DNA of 41,391 nt from Lentisphaerota bacterium (GCA_012520735.1 JAAYNR010000019.1:1-41391); one strand, 5' to 3'; counted from the first letter of the stretch, positions 20,870-30,978 are shown. Numbers and translations: made by a program. The notes: generated by a model from the sequence alone, not told the origin.

Positions 20870-21544
20870 TTGGGACAGAAAGTAAATCCAATCGGGTTCA
20901 GGGTCGCGGTAGATCATGACTGGCGCTCAAAATGGTTCTCCGGCAAGAACGAGTTCGGCAATTTGCTGGCTGAAGACCAGATAGTCCGTGATGAGGTTAA
21001 GAAGCGTCTCGAAGGGGCTGCGATCTCGAAGATAGTAATCGAGCGCTATGCCAGCTTGGGGCGCATTAACATCTACTCAGCGCGGCCGGGGGTGTTGGTC
21101 TCCCGCAAAGGAGAAGACCTCGACCGGCTGAAGTTAGACCTGGAGAAGAAGACAGGTAAAAAGTACGTACTCGAGATTTATGAGATTCGCGATCCGGATG
21201 CCAACGCACAGTTGGTAGCCGAAAACATTGCGCAGCAGATTGAGCGCCGTGTGCAGATTAAGCGAGCCATGAAGCGAGCCGAAAAAGTAGCCATGGATAT
21301 GGGTTGTGACGGTATTAAAATACGTTGCAGCGGTCGGATCAATGGTGCTGAGATTGCGCGTGTTGAGTGGAGCAAACAGGGCAAAGTGCCCCTGCACACA
21401 CTCCGTGCCAATATCGACTACGGCTTTGCTGAGGCCAACACCACCGCAGGGATAATTGGCGTGAAGGTGTGGATCTGCACGCGCGACGACTTCCAGCCGA
21501 CGCGCACCAGTACAAGGAGGAGAAGCCATGCCACTAATGCCTAA
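20870..21544 (+). CDS. rpsC: 30S ribosomal protein S3
   Basis: 224 aa with a TTG start, [10 protein letters not shown] and a KH domain. Confidence 0.97.
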   Translation: MGQKVNPIGFRVAVDHDWRSKWFSGKNEFGNLLAEDQIVRDEVKKRLEGAAISKIVIERYASLGRINIYSARPGVLVSRKGEDLDRLKLDLEKKTGKKYVLEIYEIRDPDANAQLVAENIAQQIERRVQIKRAMKRAEKVAMDMGCDGIKIRCSGRINGAEIARVEWSKQGKVPLHTLRANIDYGFAEANTTAGIIGVKVWICTRDDFQPTRTSTRRRSHATNA

Positions 21545-21938
21545 GCGCGTTAAGCATCGCAAACAGTTTAAGGGTAACCGGTCGGGTCATGCAACCTCCG
21601 GTGCCGAGTTGGCCTATGGAGAGTACGGCCTGAAGGCTCTCTCACGCGGCTGGCTGACAAACACGCAGATTGAGGCGTGCCGTGTAGCAATTAACCGCTA
21701 CATGAAACGTAAAGGTAAGCTGTGGATTCGGGTTTTCCCGGATAAACCAGTCACCAAGAAGCCCATTGAGGTTCGTATGGGTAGCGGCAAGGGTAACCCG
21801 GAGTTCTGGGTGGCCGTGATCTTGCCGGGTAAGGTGTTGTTTGAAGTTGGTGGAGTTCCTGATGCTGTGGCACGTGAGTGCCTGCGGCTGGCCGACACCA
21901 AACTGGGCATCCGTACGCGGCTGATAACCCGGGATTAA
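21528..21938 (+). CDS. rplP: 50S ribosomal protein L16
   Basis: 136 aa with [16 protein letters not shown]. It overlaps the rpsC 3' end by 17 nt. Confidence 0.97.
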   Translation: MPLMPKRVKHRKQFKGNRSGHATSGAELAYGEYGLKALSRGWLTNTQIEACRVAINRYMKRKGKLWIRVFPDKPVTKKPIEVRMGSGKGNPEFWVAVILPGKVLFEVGGVPDAVARECLRLADTKLGIRTRLITRD

Positions 21939-21960
21939 GAGAGACGGAGATCAGGAAACC

Positions 21961-22158
21961 ATGAAAGCTAGAGAAATGAGAGAGCTTGGAGCGGATGAGC
22001 TGGCACAGCGTATTCGTGAATATACGCAGGATCTGCGGGATCTCCGCTTGCGGCATCGTTCTGGCAGCAGTGTAGACCGACCGTTACAGATACGGTCGAT
22101 GCGGCGCGAGATCGCGCGCATGCTCACGGTACAGCGTGGACGGGAGGCTGGGAAGTAA
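21961..22158 (+). CDS. rpmC: 50S ribosomal protein L29
   Basis: 65 aa with [14 protein letters not shown]...RREIARMLT, in the conserved position. Confidence 0.95.
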   Translation: MKAREMRELGADELAQRIREYTQDLRDLRLRHRSGSSVDRPLQIRSMRREIARMLTVQRGREAGK

Positions 22159-22436
22159 TGTCCGAGACAACAGATAATCGCGGTATCCGCAAGGTCCGCA
22201 AAGGTGTGGTAGTGAGCCGTAGCGGCGACAAGTCGATAGTGGTACAGGCTGAGCGCCGTTTACGCCACCCGCTACTTGGCAAAGTGGTACGTCAGTTCAA
22301 GAAGTACCATGCCCATGATGAGAACAACGAAGCTAAGGTAGGCGATCAGGTAGTAATTACCGAGTGCCGGCCCATGAGCAAAATGAAGCGCTGGCGCCTG
22401 GTTAGCCAGGGTGTCGCAGAAGGAGCGCAGCAGTAA
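22158..22436 (+). CDS. rpsQ: 30S ribosomal protein S17
   Basis: 92 aa with [16 protein letters not shown] and [16 protein letters not shown]. Confidence 0.96.
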   Translation: MSETTDNRGIRKVRKGVVVSRSGDKSIVVQAERRLRHPLLGKVVRQFKKYHAHDENNEAKVGDQVVITECRPMSKMKRWRLVSQGVAEGAQQ

Positions 22437-22801
22437 TGGTCAGGGAAGAGACAGAGCTAATTGTAGCGGACAACACCGGCGCCAAGCGTGCCAAGTGCTT
22501 CCGTGTGATTGGCCAGCGCAAGGAGTACGCCTTTGTGGGCGATATTATCCGCGTGGCCATCAAAGAAGCGGCACCGGCCGGCACCGTTAAAAAGGGTCAG
22601 GTTTGCACGGCGGTAATTGTCCGTACCGGACACCCGATCCGTCGCGCTGACGGCTCGACCGTCCGTTTTGACCAAAACGCATGTGTGATTGTGGATGCTA
22701 AATTCAATCCACTGGGCACGCGTATTTTTGGACCGGTGGCACGTGAGTTGCGTGACCGGAATTACATGAAAATTATTTCGCTGGCCCCAGAAGTTGTCTG
22801 A
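22436..22801 (+). CDS. rplN: 50S ribosomal protein L14
   Basis: 121 aa with [14 protein letters not shown] and a C-terminal [11 protein letters not shown]...[10 protein letters not shown]. Confidence 0.97.
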   Translation: MVREETELIVADNTGAKRAKCFRVIGQRKEYAFVGDIIRVAIKEAAPAGTVKKGQVCTAVIVRTGHPIRRADGSTVRFDQNACVIVDAKFNPLGTRIFGPVARELRDRNYMKIISLAPEVV

Positions 22802-22879
22802 GGCGAGCGGCATCGTAACGCGCGCGCAATAGCGTAAGCGTTGGCCTGCTGAGGTTTTGACCCCGGCGGGGCAAGGCTG

Positions 22880-22907
22880 GCGAACTGCGGGTTGCGGGTT
22901 GCGAGTT
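22880..22907 (+). repeat. four tandem heptamers GCGAACT GCGGGTT GCGGGTT GCGAGTT
   Basis: Read directly at 22880-22886, 22887-22893, 22894-22900 and 22901-22907. The array ends 12 nt upstream of the rplX ATG, inside a 118-nt rplN-rplX spacer. Confidence 0.7.
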
Positions 22908-22919
22908 ACGGAAAATGAC

Positions 22920-23234
22920 ATGAGTATAGCACGTATTAAAAAAGGCGACACGGTAGTCGTTATATCGGGCGATAGCTCCGGACAGACAGGCGAAGTCCAG
23001 CGTGTTGACGCACGCCGGGAGAAGGTTGTTGTCAAGGGGGTAAACCTGGTAAAGAAGGCTGTGCGTCGTTCACAGCTCACTCCTGAGGGCGGTTTTATCG
23101 ATATTGAGGCTCCTCTCCATATCTCAAAGGTGATGCCGTACGATCCCGAAGCCAAAAAGGGCGTCAGGATCAGCCGAGTGCGCAATGGCGCCAGGGTTGA
23201 GCGTATCTCCAAGGCAACCAATAAGGTTCTGTAA
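22920..23234 (+). CDS. rplX: 50S ribosomal protein L24
   Basis: 104 aa from ATG 22920 with a KOW motif (IKKGDTVVVISGDSSGQTGEV). The ORF-track start 22857 is a non-coding extension. Confidence 0.95.
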   Translation: MSIARIKKGDTVVVISGDSSGQTGEVQRVDARREKVVVKGVNLVKKAVRRSQLTPEGGFIDIEAPLHISKVMPYDPEAKKGVRISRVRNGARVERISKATNKVL

Positions 23235-23241
23235 AGGTGCA

Positions 23242-23781
23242 ATGATGGCCAGATTAAAGGATCTGTATAAAGAGAAAATCACGCCGGAGTTGCGTGAAAC
23301 GCTGGGGTTGGATAATCCCATGCTAGTGCCCCGCCTGGAAAAAGTGGTGGTAAACATGGGTTTCGGCATTGTCGAGAAGGACGAACAGAAATCGCTGCTC
23401 GAAGACCTCGCCAAAATTACCGGCCAGAAGCCGATGTTGTGCAAAGCGCGTAAGAGTATCTCCAACTTCAAGCTGCGTGACGGCATGGTAATTGGAGCCA
23501 AGGTAACACTGCGTGGTGAGCGGATGTATGAGTTTGTTGACCGTTTGGTCAGTCATGCACTGCCACGTATTCGTGACTTCCGCGGCGTCAGCGCCAGTGG
23601 ATTTGACGGACGCGGCAGTTACACACTTGGCCTGCGGGAGCAGACTATATTTCCTGAAATCGATGTTGCCAGCGTGGCTATTGAAAAAGGGATGGATGTC
23701 ACATTTGTCACTTCCAGCCGCAGTGACAAAGAGGCACGTGCGTTATTGGCAGCGCTGGGTATGCCTTTTGCCGGTAAATAA
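23242..23781 (+). CDS. rplE: 50S ribosomal protein L5
   Basis: M(M)[11 protein letters not shown]... with MGFGI... and [28 protein letters not shown]. The start is ATG 23242 or 23245. Confidence 0.96.
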   Translation: MMARLKDLYKEKITPELRETLGLDNPMLVPRLEKVVVNMGFGIVEKDEQKSLLEDLAKITGQKPMLCKARKSISNFKLRDGMVIGAKVTLRGERMYEFVDRLVSHALPRIRDFRGVSASGFDGRGSYTLGLREQTIFPEIDVASVAIEKGMDVTFVTSSRSDKEARALLAALGMPFAGK

Positions 23782-23792
23782 GGAGTAGCATT

Positions 23793-23978
23793 ATGGCCAA
23801 GCTGTGTTTGATTGAGAAAGCGAAACGTACGCCCAAATTTGCGGCGCGCAAATATTGTCGCTGCAGCCGCTGCGGGCGTGCCCGTGGTTATATGCGTAAG
23901 TTTAAGCTCTGCCGTATATGCTTCCGCGAGTTAGCGGTTTCGGGGCAGATTCCTGGTATAACCAAAGCGAGCTGGTGA
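23793..23978 (+). CDS. rpsN: 30S ribosomal protein S14, short zinc-binding (type Z) form
   Basis: 61 aa with the Cys pairs CSRCGR and CRIC and a C-terminal KASW. Confidence 0.96.
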   Translation: MAKLCLIEKAKRTPKFAARKYCRCSRCGRARGYMRKFKLCRICFRELAVSGQIPGITKASW

Positions 23979-23988
23979 AGGAGGAGTC

Positions 23989-24384
23989 ATGAGTTTATCA
24001 GATCCAATTGCAGATATGATTGTGCGTGTTAAGAACGCGCAGCGAGTCGGCCACACTGAAGTGGAGATGCCGGGTTCGCGTCTTAAGGGTGAGATAGCCC
24101 GTGTCTTCCAGCAGGAGGGGTACATTGCCGGTTTTACACTGGCTGGTGATCCCAAGCGCGTGTTGTTGATTACCCTGAAATACGGTACCGACGGTTCACC
24201 CGCCATCCGTGATATCAAGCGGGTCAGCAAGCCGGGGCTGCGTCGTTTCACCGGTTATAAAGATATGCCCAGAGTGCTCAAGGGTCTGGGCACCACCGTT
24301 GTAACCACCTCGCAGGGGGTTATGAGCGGTAAAGAGGCCCGCCAGCGGAAGCTGGGCGGCGAAGTGATTTGCAGCATTTGGTAA
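23989..24384 (+). CDS. rpsH: 30S ribosomal protein S8
   Basis: 131 aa with SDPIADMIVRVKNA and a C-terminal GGEVICSIW. Confidence 0.97.
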   Translation: MSLSDPIADMIVRVKNAQRVGHTEVEMPGSRLKGEIARVFQQEGYIAGFTLAGDPKRVLLITLKYGTDGSPAIRDIKRVSKPGLRRFTGYKDMPRVLKGLGTTVVTTSQGVMSGKEARQRKLGGEVICSIW

Positions 24385-24396
24385 GAGGTTATAGCC

Positions 24397-24933
24397 ATGT
24401 CAAGAATTGGTAAAATGCCGCTGACTATCCCTGACGGTGTCACCGTGACCGCCAATGGCGGTGAGGTGGTGGTCAAAGGCAAGCTCGGCGAGCTTAGCCG
24501 CACCCTCCCTAACGGTATCACCGTGGTGGTAGAGGGGAATGAGCTTAAGGTTTCGCGCCGTGATGATTCACGGTTTCAAAAAGGGTTTCATGGACTTAGC
24601 CGTACCCTGATTAAAAATATGGTTGAGGGTGTCTCGGCGGGTTACCGCAAGGAGCTCTCAATTGAGGGGACTGGCTTCAGGTCACAGGTACAGGGCGATA
24701 AGCTCATGCTGTGGCTGGGGTTTGCCTCGGCTAAAGAGTTTAATATCCCTCAGGGGATCACGATTACCGAGAAACAGGGTACTCGTGTGACCATTGAGGG
24801 TATTGACAAAGAGCTTGTGGGCGAGACTGCTGTACACATCCGCAGTTACTATCCGGCCGAGCCCTATAAGGGTAAGGGTATTAAGTATGTCGGCGAGCAG
24901 ATCCGCCGCAAGCAGGGCAAGACAGTTGCCTAA
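24397..24933 (+). CDS. rplF: 50S ribosomal protein L6
   Basis: 178 aa with SRIGKMPLTIPDGV and PEPYKGKGIKY. Confidence 0.97.
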   Translation: MSRIGKMPLTIPDGVTVTANGGEVVVKGKLGELSRTLPNGITVVVEGNELKVSRRDDSRFQKGFHGLSRTLIKNMVEGVSAGYRKELSIEGTGFRSQVQGDKLMLWLGFASAKEFNIPQGITITEKQGTRVTIEGIDKELVGETAVHIRSYYPAEPYKGKGIKYVGEQIRRKQGKTVA

Positions 24934-24955
24934 CGCCGTAACGGGAGCAAGTAAA

Positions 24956-25336
24956 GTGAATAACCGTAAGGATCAACGTAGGCGCCGTCACATGCGGCTC
25001 CGCCAGCGCATACAGGGCACGGCAGAGCGCCCGCGGATGGCTATTTATGTCTCGAACAAGCATATGTATGTGCAGTTCATCGACGACACCGCAGCACAAA
25101 CATTGGCTGCCATGTCGACACTTAAGGCTGAGGGTGCCGAAGGTTGCAACCTCAACGCCGCTAAGGTTGTCGGCGAGCAGGCCGCTAAAGCAGCGGCAGA
25201 CAAAGGTATTGTCAGGGTGGTTGTTGACCGTGGCGGCTTCCGCTACCACGGCCGTGTGAAGCAGATAGTAGAGTCCGCCGTTGCGGCGGGGCTCCGCATT
25301 TCGGACGCCGCACCTGCGGCTGAGGAGGCCAAGTGA
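24956..25336 (+). CDS. rplR: 50S ribosomal protein L18
   Basis: 126 aa from GTG 24956 after a GGGAG SD, with [30 protein letters not shown] and [12 protein letters not shown]. The ORF-track start 24794 overlaps rplF and is rejected. Confidence 0.94.
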   Translation: MNNRKDQRRRRHMRLRQRIQGTAERPRMAIYVSNKHMYVQFIDDTAAQTLAAMSTLKAEGAEGCNLNAAKVVGEQAAKAAADKGIVRVVVDRGGFRYHGRVKQIVESAVAAGLRISDAAPAAEEAK

Positions 25337-25821
25337 ACGAAGATAAATTCAACCGTGAGGGAGAAGGTGCTGATCTTGATGAGCGCGTCGTGTTTGTAAA
25401 CCGTTGCGCCAAGGTTGTCAAAGGTGGCCGCCGTTTCAGTTTCAGTGCTGTGGTAGTAGTGGGTGATCGCGACGGCCGCGTGGGCTTTGGTTTTGGCAAG
25501 GCCAATGAGGTTGGTGAGGCTACCCGTAAAGGTGGTGAAGCCGCCCGTAAGGCGATGATGAAGATCAAGCTCGACGGCAAAACCATCCCGCATGAGGTCA
25601 ATGGTGTCTTTGACGGCGGGCGCGTTATGCTGAAGCCGGCTCCTGATGGTTCGGGTGTTATCGCCGGTGGCGGTATGCGTCCGGTACTTGAAGCTGCCGG
25701 TATACGTGACGTGGTAGGTAAGTCGTTGGGCAGTAAAAACCGCCTCAACGTAGTTAAGGCAACCATGGCGGCGCTGCAGCAGTTGCGCACAGCCGAGGAG
25801 ATCGCCGCAGTACGCGCCTGA
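25333..25821 (+). CDS. rpsE: 30S ribosomal protein S5
   Basis: 162 aa with a GTG start, [22 protein letters not shown] and [19 protein letters not shown]. Confidence 0.97.
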   Translation: MNEDKFNREGEGADLDERVVFVNRCAKVVKGGRRFSFSAVVVVGDRDGRVGFGFGKANEVGEATRKGGEAARKAMMKIKLDGKTIPHEVNGVFDGGRVMLKPAPDGSGVIAGGGMRPVLEAAGIRDVVGKSLGSKNRLNVVKATMAALQQLRTAEEIAAVRA

Positions 25822-25868
25822 ACAGGTGCGTTACTGTAAACGTCTGTTAAATTTGAGGAGTTTGAGTA

Positions 25869-26324
25869 ATGGATTTATCATCACTTAAAAACACACCCGG
25901 AGCCCGTAAATCACCTAAGCGTGTGGGACGTGGCCCCGGTTCGGGGATGGGCAAGACCAGTGGCCGCGGCCATAAGGGTCAGATGGCACGCAAAGGCCAC
26001 AAGCACAAGGTGGGCTTTGAAGGCGGCCAGATGCCGCTGATGCGCCGTATTCCCAAACGTGGTTTTAAAAACCCTAACCGGGTACCATGGCAGCCGATAA
26101 ACGTGGCGGTGCTGAACCGCTTTGATGAAGGCTCCGAGGTAACACCGGTAGATTTACTGCAAGCAGGCCTGATCCGCATCAATGGCGGTGGGGTCAAGAT
26201 TCTCGGTAACGGTAACCTTGAGAAGAAGTTGACCGTACGTGCCGATGCTTTCAGTGAGTCGGCCAGAGCCAAAATCGAGGCTGCCGGCGGTACGGCAGCC
26301 GAGTATGACATTAATGAGGAATAG
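25869..26324 (+). CDS. rplO: 50S ribosomal protein L15
   Basis: 151 aa with [21 protein letters not shown]. Confidence 0.97.
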   Translation: MDLSSLKNTPGARKSPKRVGRGPGSGMGKTSGRGHKGQMARKGHKHKVGFEGGQMPLMRRIPKRGFKNPNRVPWQPINVAVLNRFDEGSEVTPVDLLQAGLIRINGGGVKILGNGNLEKKLTVRADAFSESARAKIEAAGGTAAEYDINEE

Positions 26325-26401
26325 GCTCTGAATGCTGTGCGCACCGCGGCGGCAGAGCCGCAGTGCGCACTGTTTAAGCAGAGTCGATAAAGGAGCGCGC
26401 C

Positions 26402-27784
26402 ATGTTGGGCACCTTTGCCAATACATTTAAAATACCTGAGTTGCGGCGTCGTATTTTGTTTACGGCGTGGATGGTGTTTATCAGCCGCCTGATCTCAATG
26501 ATCCCGACTCCCGGTGTGAATATCCGGGCGTTGCAGGAGGTGATGGAGCGGATCCGTGAAACATCATCCGGTGCTACCGGCGGTCTGATGGGGATGTTTG
26601 ATGTTTTCACCGGCGGTGCCATGCACCAGTGTTCGGTTGGATTTCTCAGTATTTGGCCCTACATCAGTGCTTCAATTATTTTACAGTTGATGACTGCCGT
26701 TGTACCGGCTCTGGAGCGGATGGTGCGTGAGGGCGAGAGTGGGCGCCAGCGGATGAATCAGACCACACGTTATTTGGCGATTGCAATTTGCATGTTCCAG
26801 GCTTTCTTTCTGGCGCAGGGATTGCAGAACCCGGCTCGGCTCGGCTTTGGCGGTGTAACGCTGGTGGCTGAACCCGGTTTCGGTTTCATCATGATGACTG
26901 TTATCGCCATGACTGCCGCCTCAATGTTTGTGATGTGGCTGGGTGACCAGATTACCGCCCGTGGCATTGGTAACGGTGTTTCACTGATCATTATGATCAA
27001 CATCTGCAGCCGTCTGCCGCATGCTATTCTGATGGCCTGGGAGCGTTATATCGGCATTGGCGATATTAAAGCTACCTCTAATATTTTCGAACTGATCCTG
27101 CTCCTCTGCCTCGGCTTTGCCGTCACTATGGGTACAGTTATGCTAACTCAAGGTATACGCCGGGTGCCGATCCACTCCACACGCCGTGTAGTGGGCAGCC
27201 GCTCCTTTGGTGGTCAGAACACCTATATGCCGTTGCGTGTTAACTACACCGGTGTGATGCCGATCATCTTTGCCGGTCCGCTGATCACCCTGCCGGCTGC
27301 GGCGTTAGGACGTATTGATGGCACGGCCTACCCCTGGCTGGCGTGGTTGCGTGATTTTGGTCAGGCACTCTCAAATCCGGCCACTGCTCTCCACCTGACG
27401 GTATATTCGGTGCTGATACTCTTCTTCTGTTTTTTCTGGGTGGCCACGCAGTTTAATGCTATGCAGATATCAGACAGCTTGAAGCGCGATGGCTCATTTG
27501 TACCGGGGATCCGCCCGGGGCGTGCCACGGCTGAATATCTCGATTCCGTGATGACACGCGTCACGCTGATCGGTGGTATCGGTTTGTTGATCATAGCTAT
27601 TCTGCCGCAGGTTTTGAATGGCTGGATGAACCTCGATTGGAGCATGGCTTCGTTCTTCGGTGGCACGAGCTTATTGATTGTTGTTGGTGTGGCGCTGGAT
27701 ACACTGCGCCAGATGGAGTCGCATCTGTTAATGCGTAACTACGACGGCTTTTTGAAACATGGTCGCCTGCAAGGGCGGAGATAG
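26402..27784 (+). CDS. secY: preprotein translocase subunit SecY
   Basis: 460 aa, about 10 TM segments, SecY-like motifs (PELRRRILFT, GISLIIM-like GVSLIIM), and the conserved position. Confidence 0.97.
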   Translation: MLGTFANTFKIPELRRRILFTAWMVFISRLISMIPTPGVNIRALQEVMERIRETSSGATGGLMGMFDVFTGGAMHQCSVGFLSIWPYISASIILQLMTAVVPALERMVREGESGRQRMNQTTRYLAIAICMFQAFFLAQGLQNPARLGFGGVTLVAEPGFGFIMMTVIAMTAASMFVMWLGDQITARGIGNGVSLIIMINICSRLPHAILMAWERYIGIGDIKATSNIFELILLLCLGFAVTMGTVMLTQGIRRVPIHSTRRVVGSRSFGGQNTYMPLRVNYTGVMPIIFAGPLITLPAAALGRIDGTAYPWLAWLRDFGQALSNPATALHLTVYSVLILFFCFFWVATQFNAMQISDSLKRDGSFVPGIRPGRATAEYLDSVMTRVTLIGGIGLLIIAILPQVLNGWMNLDWSMASFFGGTSLLIVVGVALDTLRQMESHLLMRNYDGFLKHGRLQGRR

Positions 27785-27790
27785 TGTAGC

Positions 27791-28435
27791 ATGGATATTA
27801 CCCTGTTATTGGGCGCCCCTGGCTCAGGTAAAGGGACGGCCGCCGCACGGCTCGAGAAAAAGTGCGGCTTTGTAGTGGTCTCGAGTGGAGACTTGTTGCG
27901 TGATGCCGTAGCACGGCAAACTCCCGACGGAGTTGAAGCGCAAAGCTACATGGAGCGCGGTGCACTGGTACCCGATGCAATCATCGGGCATATGATCGGC
28001 GAGTTGCTGAGAGCCGGTGACAGCGGTACGCAGTACCTGCTCGACGGCTACCCGCGCACGGTGAAGCAGTTGGAGATGCTTGAGGATGTTCTGGCCCACT
28101 GCGGCGGAACTCTCAAGGCAGCGGTGTTGATTGAGGTCAACGACGAGCTGGTGATAGAGCGGATTGCCGGGCGCCGCGTGTGCCCGCGCTGTAATGCGGT
28201 CTACCATGCAGTGACCTTGCGCCCGCAGCGCGAGGGGATCTGCGACCACTGCGGTACAGCATTGGTACAGCGCGCCGACGACACAGTTGCGACTGTGTTG
28301 CAGCGATTAGAGGTTTATCGCCGCCAGACCGGCGGGGTGATAGAGGCTTGTGAGGCACGTAAAATGCTTCACAGGGTAGATGGTAATGGCGAAGTCGACA
28401 TTATTGTTGAGAGAATTTTGCAGAGTTTGGCATGA
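27791..28435 (+). CDS. adk: adenylate kinase (zinc-lid type)
   Basis: 214 aa with the P-loop GAPGSGKGT and the LID Cys pairs CPRC...CDHC. Confidence 0.96.
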   Translation: MDITLLLGAPGSGKGTAAARLEKKCGFVVVSSGDLLRDAVARQTPDGVEAQSYMERGALVPDAIIGHMIGELLRAGDSGTQYLLDGYPRTVKQLEMLEDVLAHCGGTLKAAVLIEVNDELVIERIAGRRVCPRCNAVYHAVTLRPQREGICDHCGTALVQRADDTVATVLQRLEVYRRQTGGVIEACEARKMLHRVDGNGEVDIIVERILQSLA

Positions 28436-29178
28436 TAGAGCTAAAGACAGAGTCACAGCTTGAGCTAATGCGGGCTAGTGGTCGCCTGGCTGGCGATGTA
28501 CTAACGCAGGTAGCGGCAGCAGTGGCACCGGGGATCACCACCAGGGAGTTAGATGCCCTGGCACAGCGGTTGATCACAGATGCAGGAGCCGAGTGCTCCT
28601 TTCTGGGATACCGCGGTTATCCGGCTGCGCTTTGTGTCTCGATCAACGAAGAGGTGATTCACGGGATCCCCGGCGATAGACAGGTGCTACCCGGTGATAT
28701 CGTTAGCCTCGATGTTGGGGTATGCTACAAAGGGTACCACGGTGATACCGCCACCACGGTGGCAGTAGCTGTGAGCGACCCTGAGTTGCTGCACTTGCTC
28801 GATGTAACACGTCGGGCGCGAGATGCCGGCATTGCGGCGGTACGGCCTGGGGCACGCTTAGGTGATGTCTCACATGCTGTAGAGCGTGTAGTGCTAAAAG
28901 CCGGCTTTGCGGTAGTGCGGGATTTTGTGGGCCATGGCATTGGCCAGGCGCTTCATGAAGATCCGCAAGTACCAAACTATGGCAAGCCGGGCCGTGGGCC
29001 TGTGCTTAAGCCAGGTATGACATTTTGCATTGAGCCGATGGTTGCCTTTAAAAGCGCTGCCGTCTCAGTGTTGAGAGACGGTTGGACTGTAGTCACTAAC
29101 GATTCCAGCCCATCCGCGCACTTTGAACACACCATTGCGGTGTGTGCTGACGGTGCGGAAATTTTAACGGCTGTTTAA
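28432..29178 (+). CDS. map: type I methionine aminopeptidase
   Basis: 248 aa with VIHGIPG, D..V.YKGYHGD, GHGIG and EP metal-ligand blocks. There is an ATGA overlap with adk. Confidence 0.96.
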   Translation: MIELKTESQLELMRASGRLAGDVLTQVAAAVAPGITTRELDALAQRLITDAGAECSFLGYRGYPAALCVSINEEVIHGIPGDRQVLPGDIVSLDVGVCYKGYHGDTATTVAVAVSDPELLHLLDVTRRARDAGIAAVRPGARLGDVSHAVERVVLKAGFAVVRDFVGHGIGQALHEDPQVPNYGKPGRGPVLKPGMTFCIEPMVAFKSAAVSVLRDGWTVVTNDSSPSAHFEHTIAVCADGAEILTAV

Positions 29179-29252
29179 TGTTTCATTTTGTTGTGGACAA
29201 ATAGCAGCCATATGTTTTAAACTGTGACCCTTTTTGATAAAGGAACGAAATT

Positions 29253-29366
29253 ATGAAAGTACGCAGTTCAGTGCGACGCATATGTGAACAGTGTCGGATT
29301 GCACGGCGCAAAGGGGTCGTGCGGGTAAATTGTACCAATCCGCGTCATAAACAGCGTCAGGGCTAG
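29253..29366 (+). CDS. rpmJ: 50S ribosomal protein L36
   Basis: Hand translation gives [37 protein letters not shown] (37 aa, C-x2-C...C-x4-H). It is below the ORF-track length cut-off. Confidence 0.93.
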   Translation: MKVRSSVRRICEQCRIARRKGVVRVNCTNPRHKQRQG

Positions 29367-29376
29367 GAGAGAGACC

Positions 29377-29778
29377 ATGCCGAGAATGATGGGTGTGGAT
29401 ATTCCAGGCAGGAAGCGTGTCGAGTACGCGCTCCGCTATATCCATGGCATTGGCCCCAAGCGGGCCGCCGATATTTTGGAAGCTTGTAAGGTGGAACCGG
29501 CCAAAAAGGCCGATGACCTCACACCTGACGAGATACGCGCGTTAACTGAATATATTCAGGAAAACTACCGCGTAGAAGGTGACTTGCGCCGAGAGGTGTC
29601 GCAAAACGTCCGCCGGCTGATCAGCATTGGCAGCTACCGTGGTTTGCGTCATCGGCGCGGACTGCCGTGTCGTGGCCAACGGACTAAAACCAACGCCAGA
29701 ACACGCAAGGGTTCAAAGAAAACCGTTGGTGCGGTGCGTGACAAGTCGGCGCGCAGTGCAATGAAGTCGGGTGGTTAA
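29377..29778 (+). CDS. rpsM: 30S ribosomal protein S13
   Basis: 133 aa with [26 protein letters not shown] and [23 protein letters not shown]. Confidence 0.97.
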   Translation: MPRMMGVDIPGRKRVEYALRYIHGIGPKRAADILEACKVEPAKKADDLTPDEIRALTEYIQENYRVEGDLRREVSQNVRRLISIGSYRGLRHRRGLPCRGQRTKTNARTRKGSKKTVGAVRDKSARSAMKSGG

Positions 29779-29860
29779 AGTATAATGGCCAATCACAGCG
29801 GGTGGCAGCATACCTTTCCGGTAGCTGCGCCGCTGTAGCGGCAGATATTCAGGGCTTACC

Positions 29861-30349
29861 ATGAGCGAAGAAGAGAAAAAACAGAATGAGGCTGCGGAAG
29901 CGGCTGAAGAAGTAACAGCGGTTAGCGATGCAGCCGCTATACTTGCTGAAGACGAGACACAGAAGACGGTCGATAACAAGCCAAAGCGGTCGCGGGTGCG
30001 TAGCATCCCGGCAGGCATTGCTTTTATCCGTGCCACCTTTAATAATACAATTGTCTCCATCACTGATGCACGCGGTGGTGTGATTGCCTGGAATACGGCT
30101 GGGCGTGCGGGCTTCAAAGGCTCGCGTAAGAGTACTGCATTTGCCGCCACAATGGTTGCGCAGGATGCGGCTCGTCAGGCTGTGGCCAAGGGGATGCATG
30201 AGGTTGAAGTACGTGTACAGGGTGCAGGCGCAGGCCGGGAGTCGGCGGTGCGTGGCATTCAGTCCGCTGGTATGCAGGTAACCTTAATTAAGGATTGCAC
30301 GCCGATTCCGCACAATGGTTGCCGGGCGCGTAAGAGGAGGAGAGTCTAA
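29861..30349 (+). CDS. rpsK: 30S ribosomal protein S11 with an acidic N-terminal extension
   Basis: 162 aa. The core is IAFIRATFNNTIVSITD...GFKGSRKSTAFAA...TPIPHNGCRARKRRRV. The first ~38 residues are an extra Glu/Ala-rich segment. Confidence 0.93.
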   Translation: MSEEEKKQNEAAEAAEEVTAVSDAAAILAEDETQKTVDNKPKRSRVRSIPAGIAFIRATFNNTIVSITDARGGVIAWNTAGRAGFKGSRKSTAFAATMVAQDAARQAVAKGMHEVEVRVQGAGAGRESAVRGIQSAGMQVTLIKDCTPIPHNGCRARKRRRV

Positions 30350-30978
30350 TGGGTAGGTACACAGGTCCGGTTTGTCGTCAGTGCCGTCGTGAGGGTATGA
30401 AATTATTCCTCAAAGGTGCGCGCTGCTATATGGCCAAGTGCCCGATCGACCAGGGGCGTCCCGCACCGGGTATGCATGGTATGCGTCGTTCGCGCAAGGC
30501 TTCGGAGTATAACGTACAATTGCGCGAGAAACAGCGCCTGCGCCGTCAATACGGGATGCAGGAGGGGCAGTTCCACCGCGTATTTATTGAGGCGTTGCGC
30601 CGCCCCGGCGTAACGGGCGAAACTATGTTGCAGATCGTTGAGATGCGTCTGGACAACTTGGTTTATCGGCTTGGCTTCGCCTCTTCACGCCGTGCGGCGC
30701 GTCAGTTCGTGATGCATGGTCATGTTACTGTTAATGGGCGTAAAGCCTCGATACCTTCAATGCAGGTGCGTGTTGGCAGTGTAATTGAAGTGCGTGACCG
30801 CCCTAAGTCGCGTGAAATGGCAGCTCGGAGTCTTGAGGCGGCAACTGCTCAGCAGACCCCTACCTGGCTGGCTGTTAACACTAAAACATTCCAGGGCGAA
30901 GTACTGGCCATACCTACCCGCGAGCAGATCGCACCGGTAGTGGATGAGCAGGCTATTGTCGAACTCTATTCACGGTAA
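30349..30978 (+). CDS. rpsD: 30S ribosomal protein S4
   Basis: 209 aa with MGRYTGPVCRQCRREG, and an S4 RNA-binding domain (RLDNLVYRLGFASSRRAARQFVMHGHVTVNG). Confidence 0.97.
   Translation: MGRYTGPVCRQCRREGMKLFLKGARCYMAKCPIDQGRPAPGMHGMRRSRKASEYNVQLREKQRLRRQYGMQEGQFHRVFIEALRRPGVTGETMLQIVEMRLDNLVYRLGFASSRRAARQFVMHGHVTVNGRKASIPSMQVRVGSVIEVRDRPKSREMAARSLEAATAQQTPTWLAVNTKTFQGEVLAIPTREQIAPVVDEQAIVELYSR

Noticed and set aside
22457-23242. 261-aa antisense ORF spanning rplN, the spacer and rplX
   Set aside because: This is a shadow ORF opposite highly conserved ribosomal genes. It has an Arg/Ser/Thr-rich composition, no SD and no recognisable domain.
24794-24955. N-terminal extension of the rplR ORF back to 24794
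   Set aside because: It overlaps the 3' end of rplF in another frame. GTG 24956 follows a GGGAG SD and gives a normal-length L18.
29788-29841. 17-codon ORF (MANHSGWQHTFPVAAPL) and a TATAAT hexamer in the rpsM-rpsK spacer
   Set aside because: There is no SD and no convincing -35 at the right spacing. It is too short to support as a gene or promoter from sequence alone.
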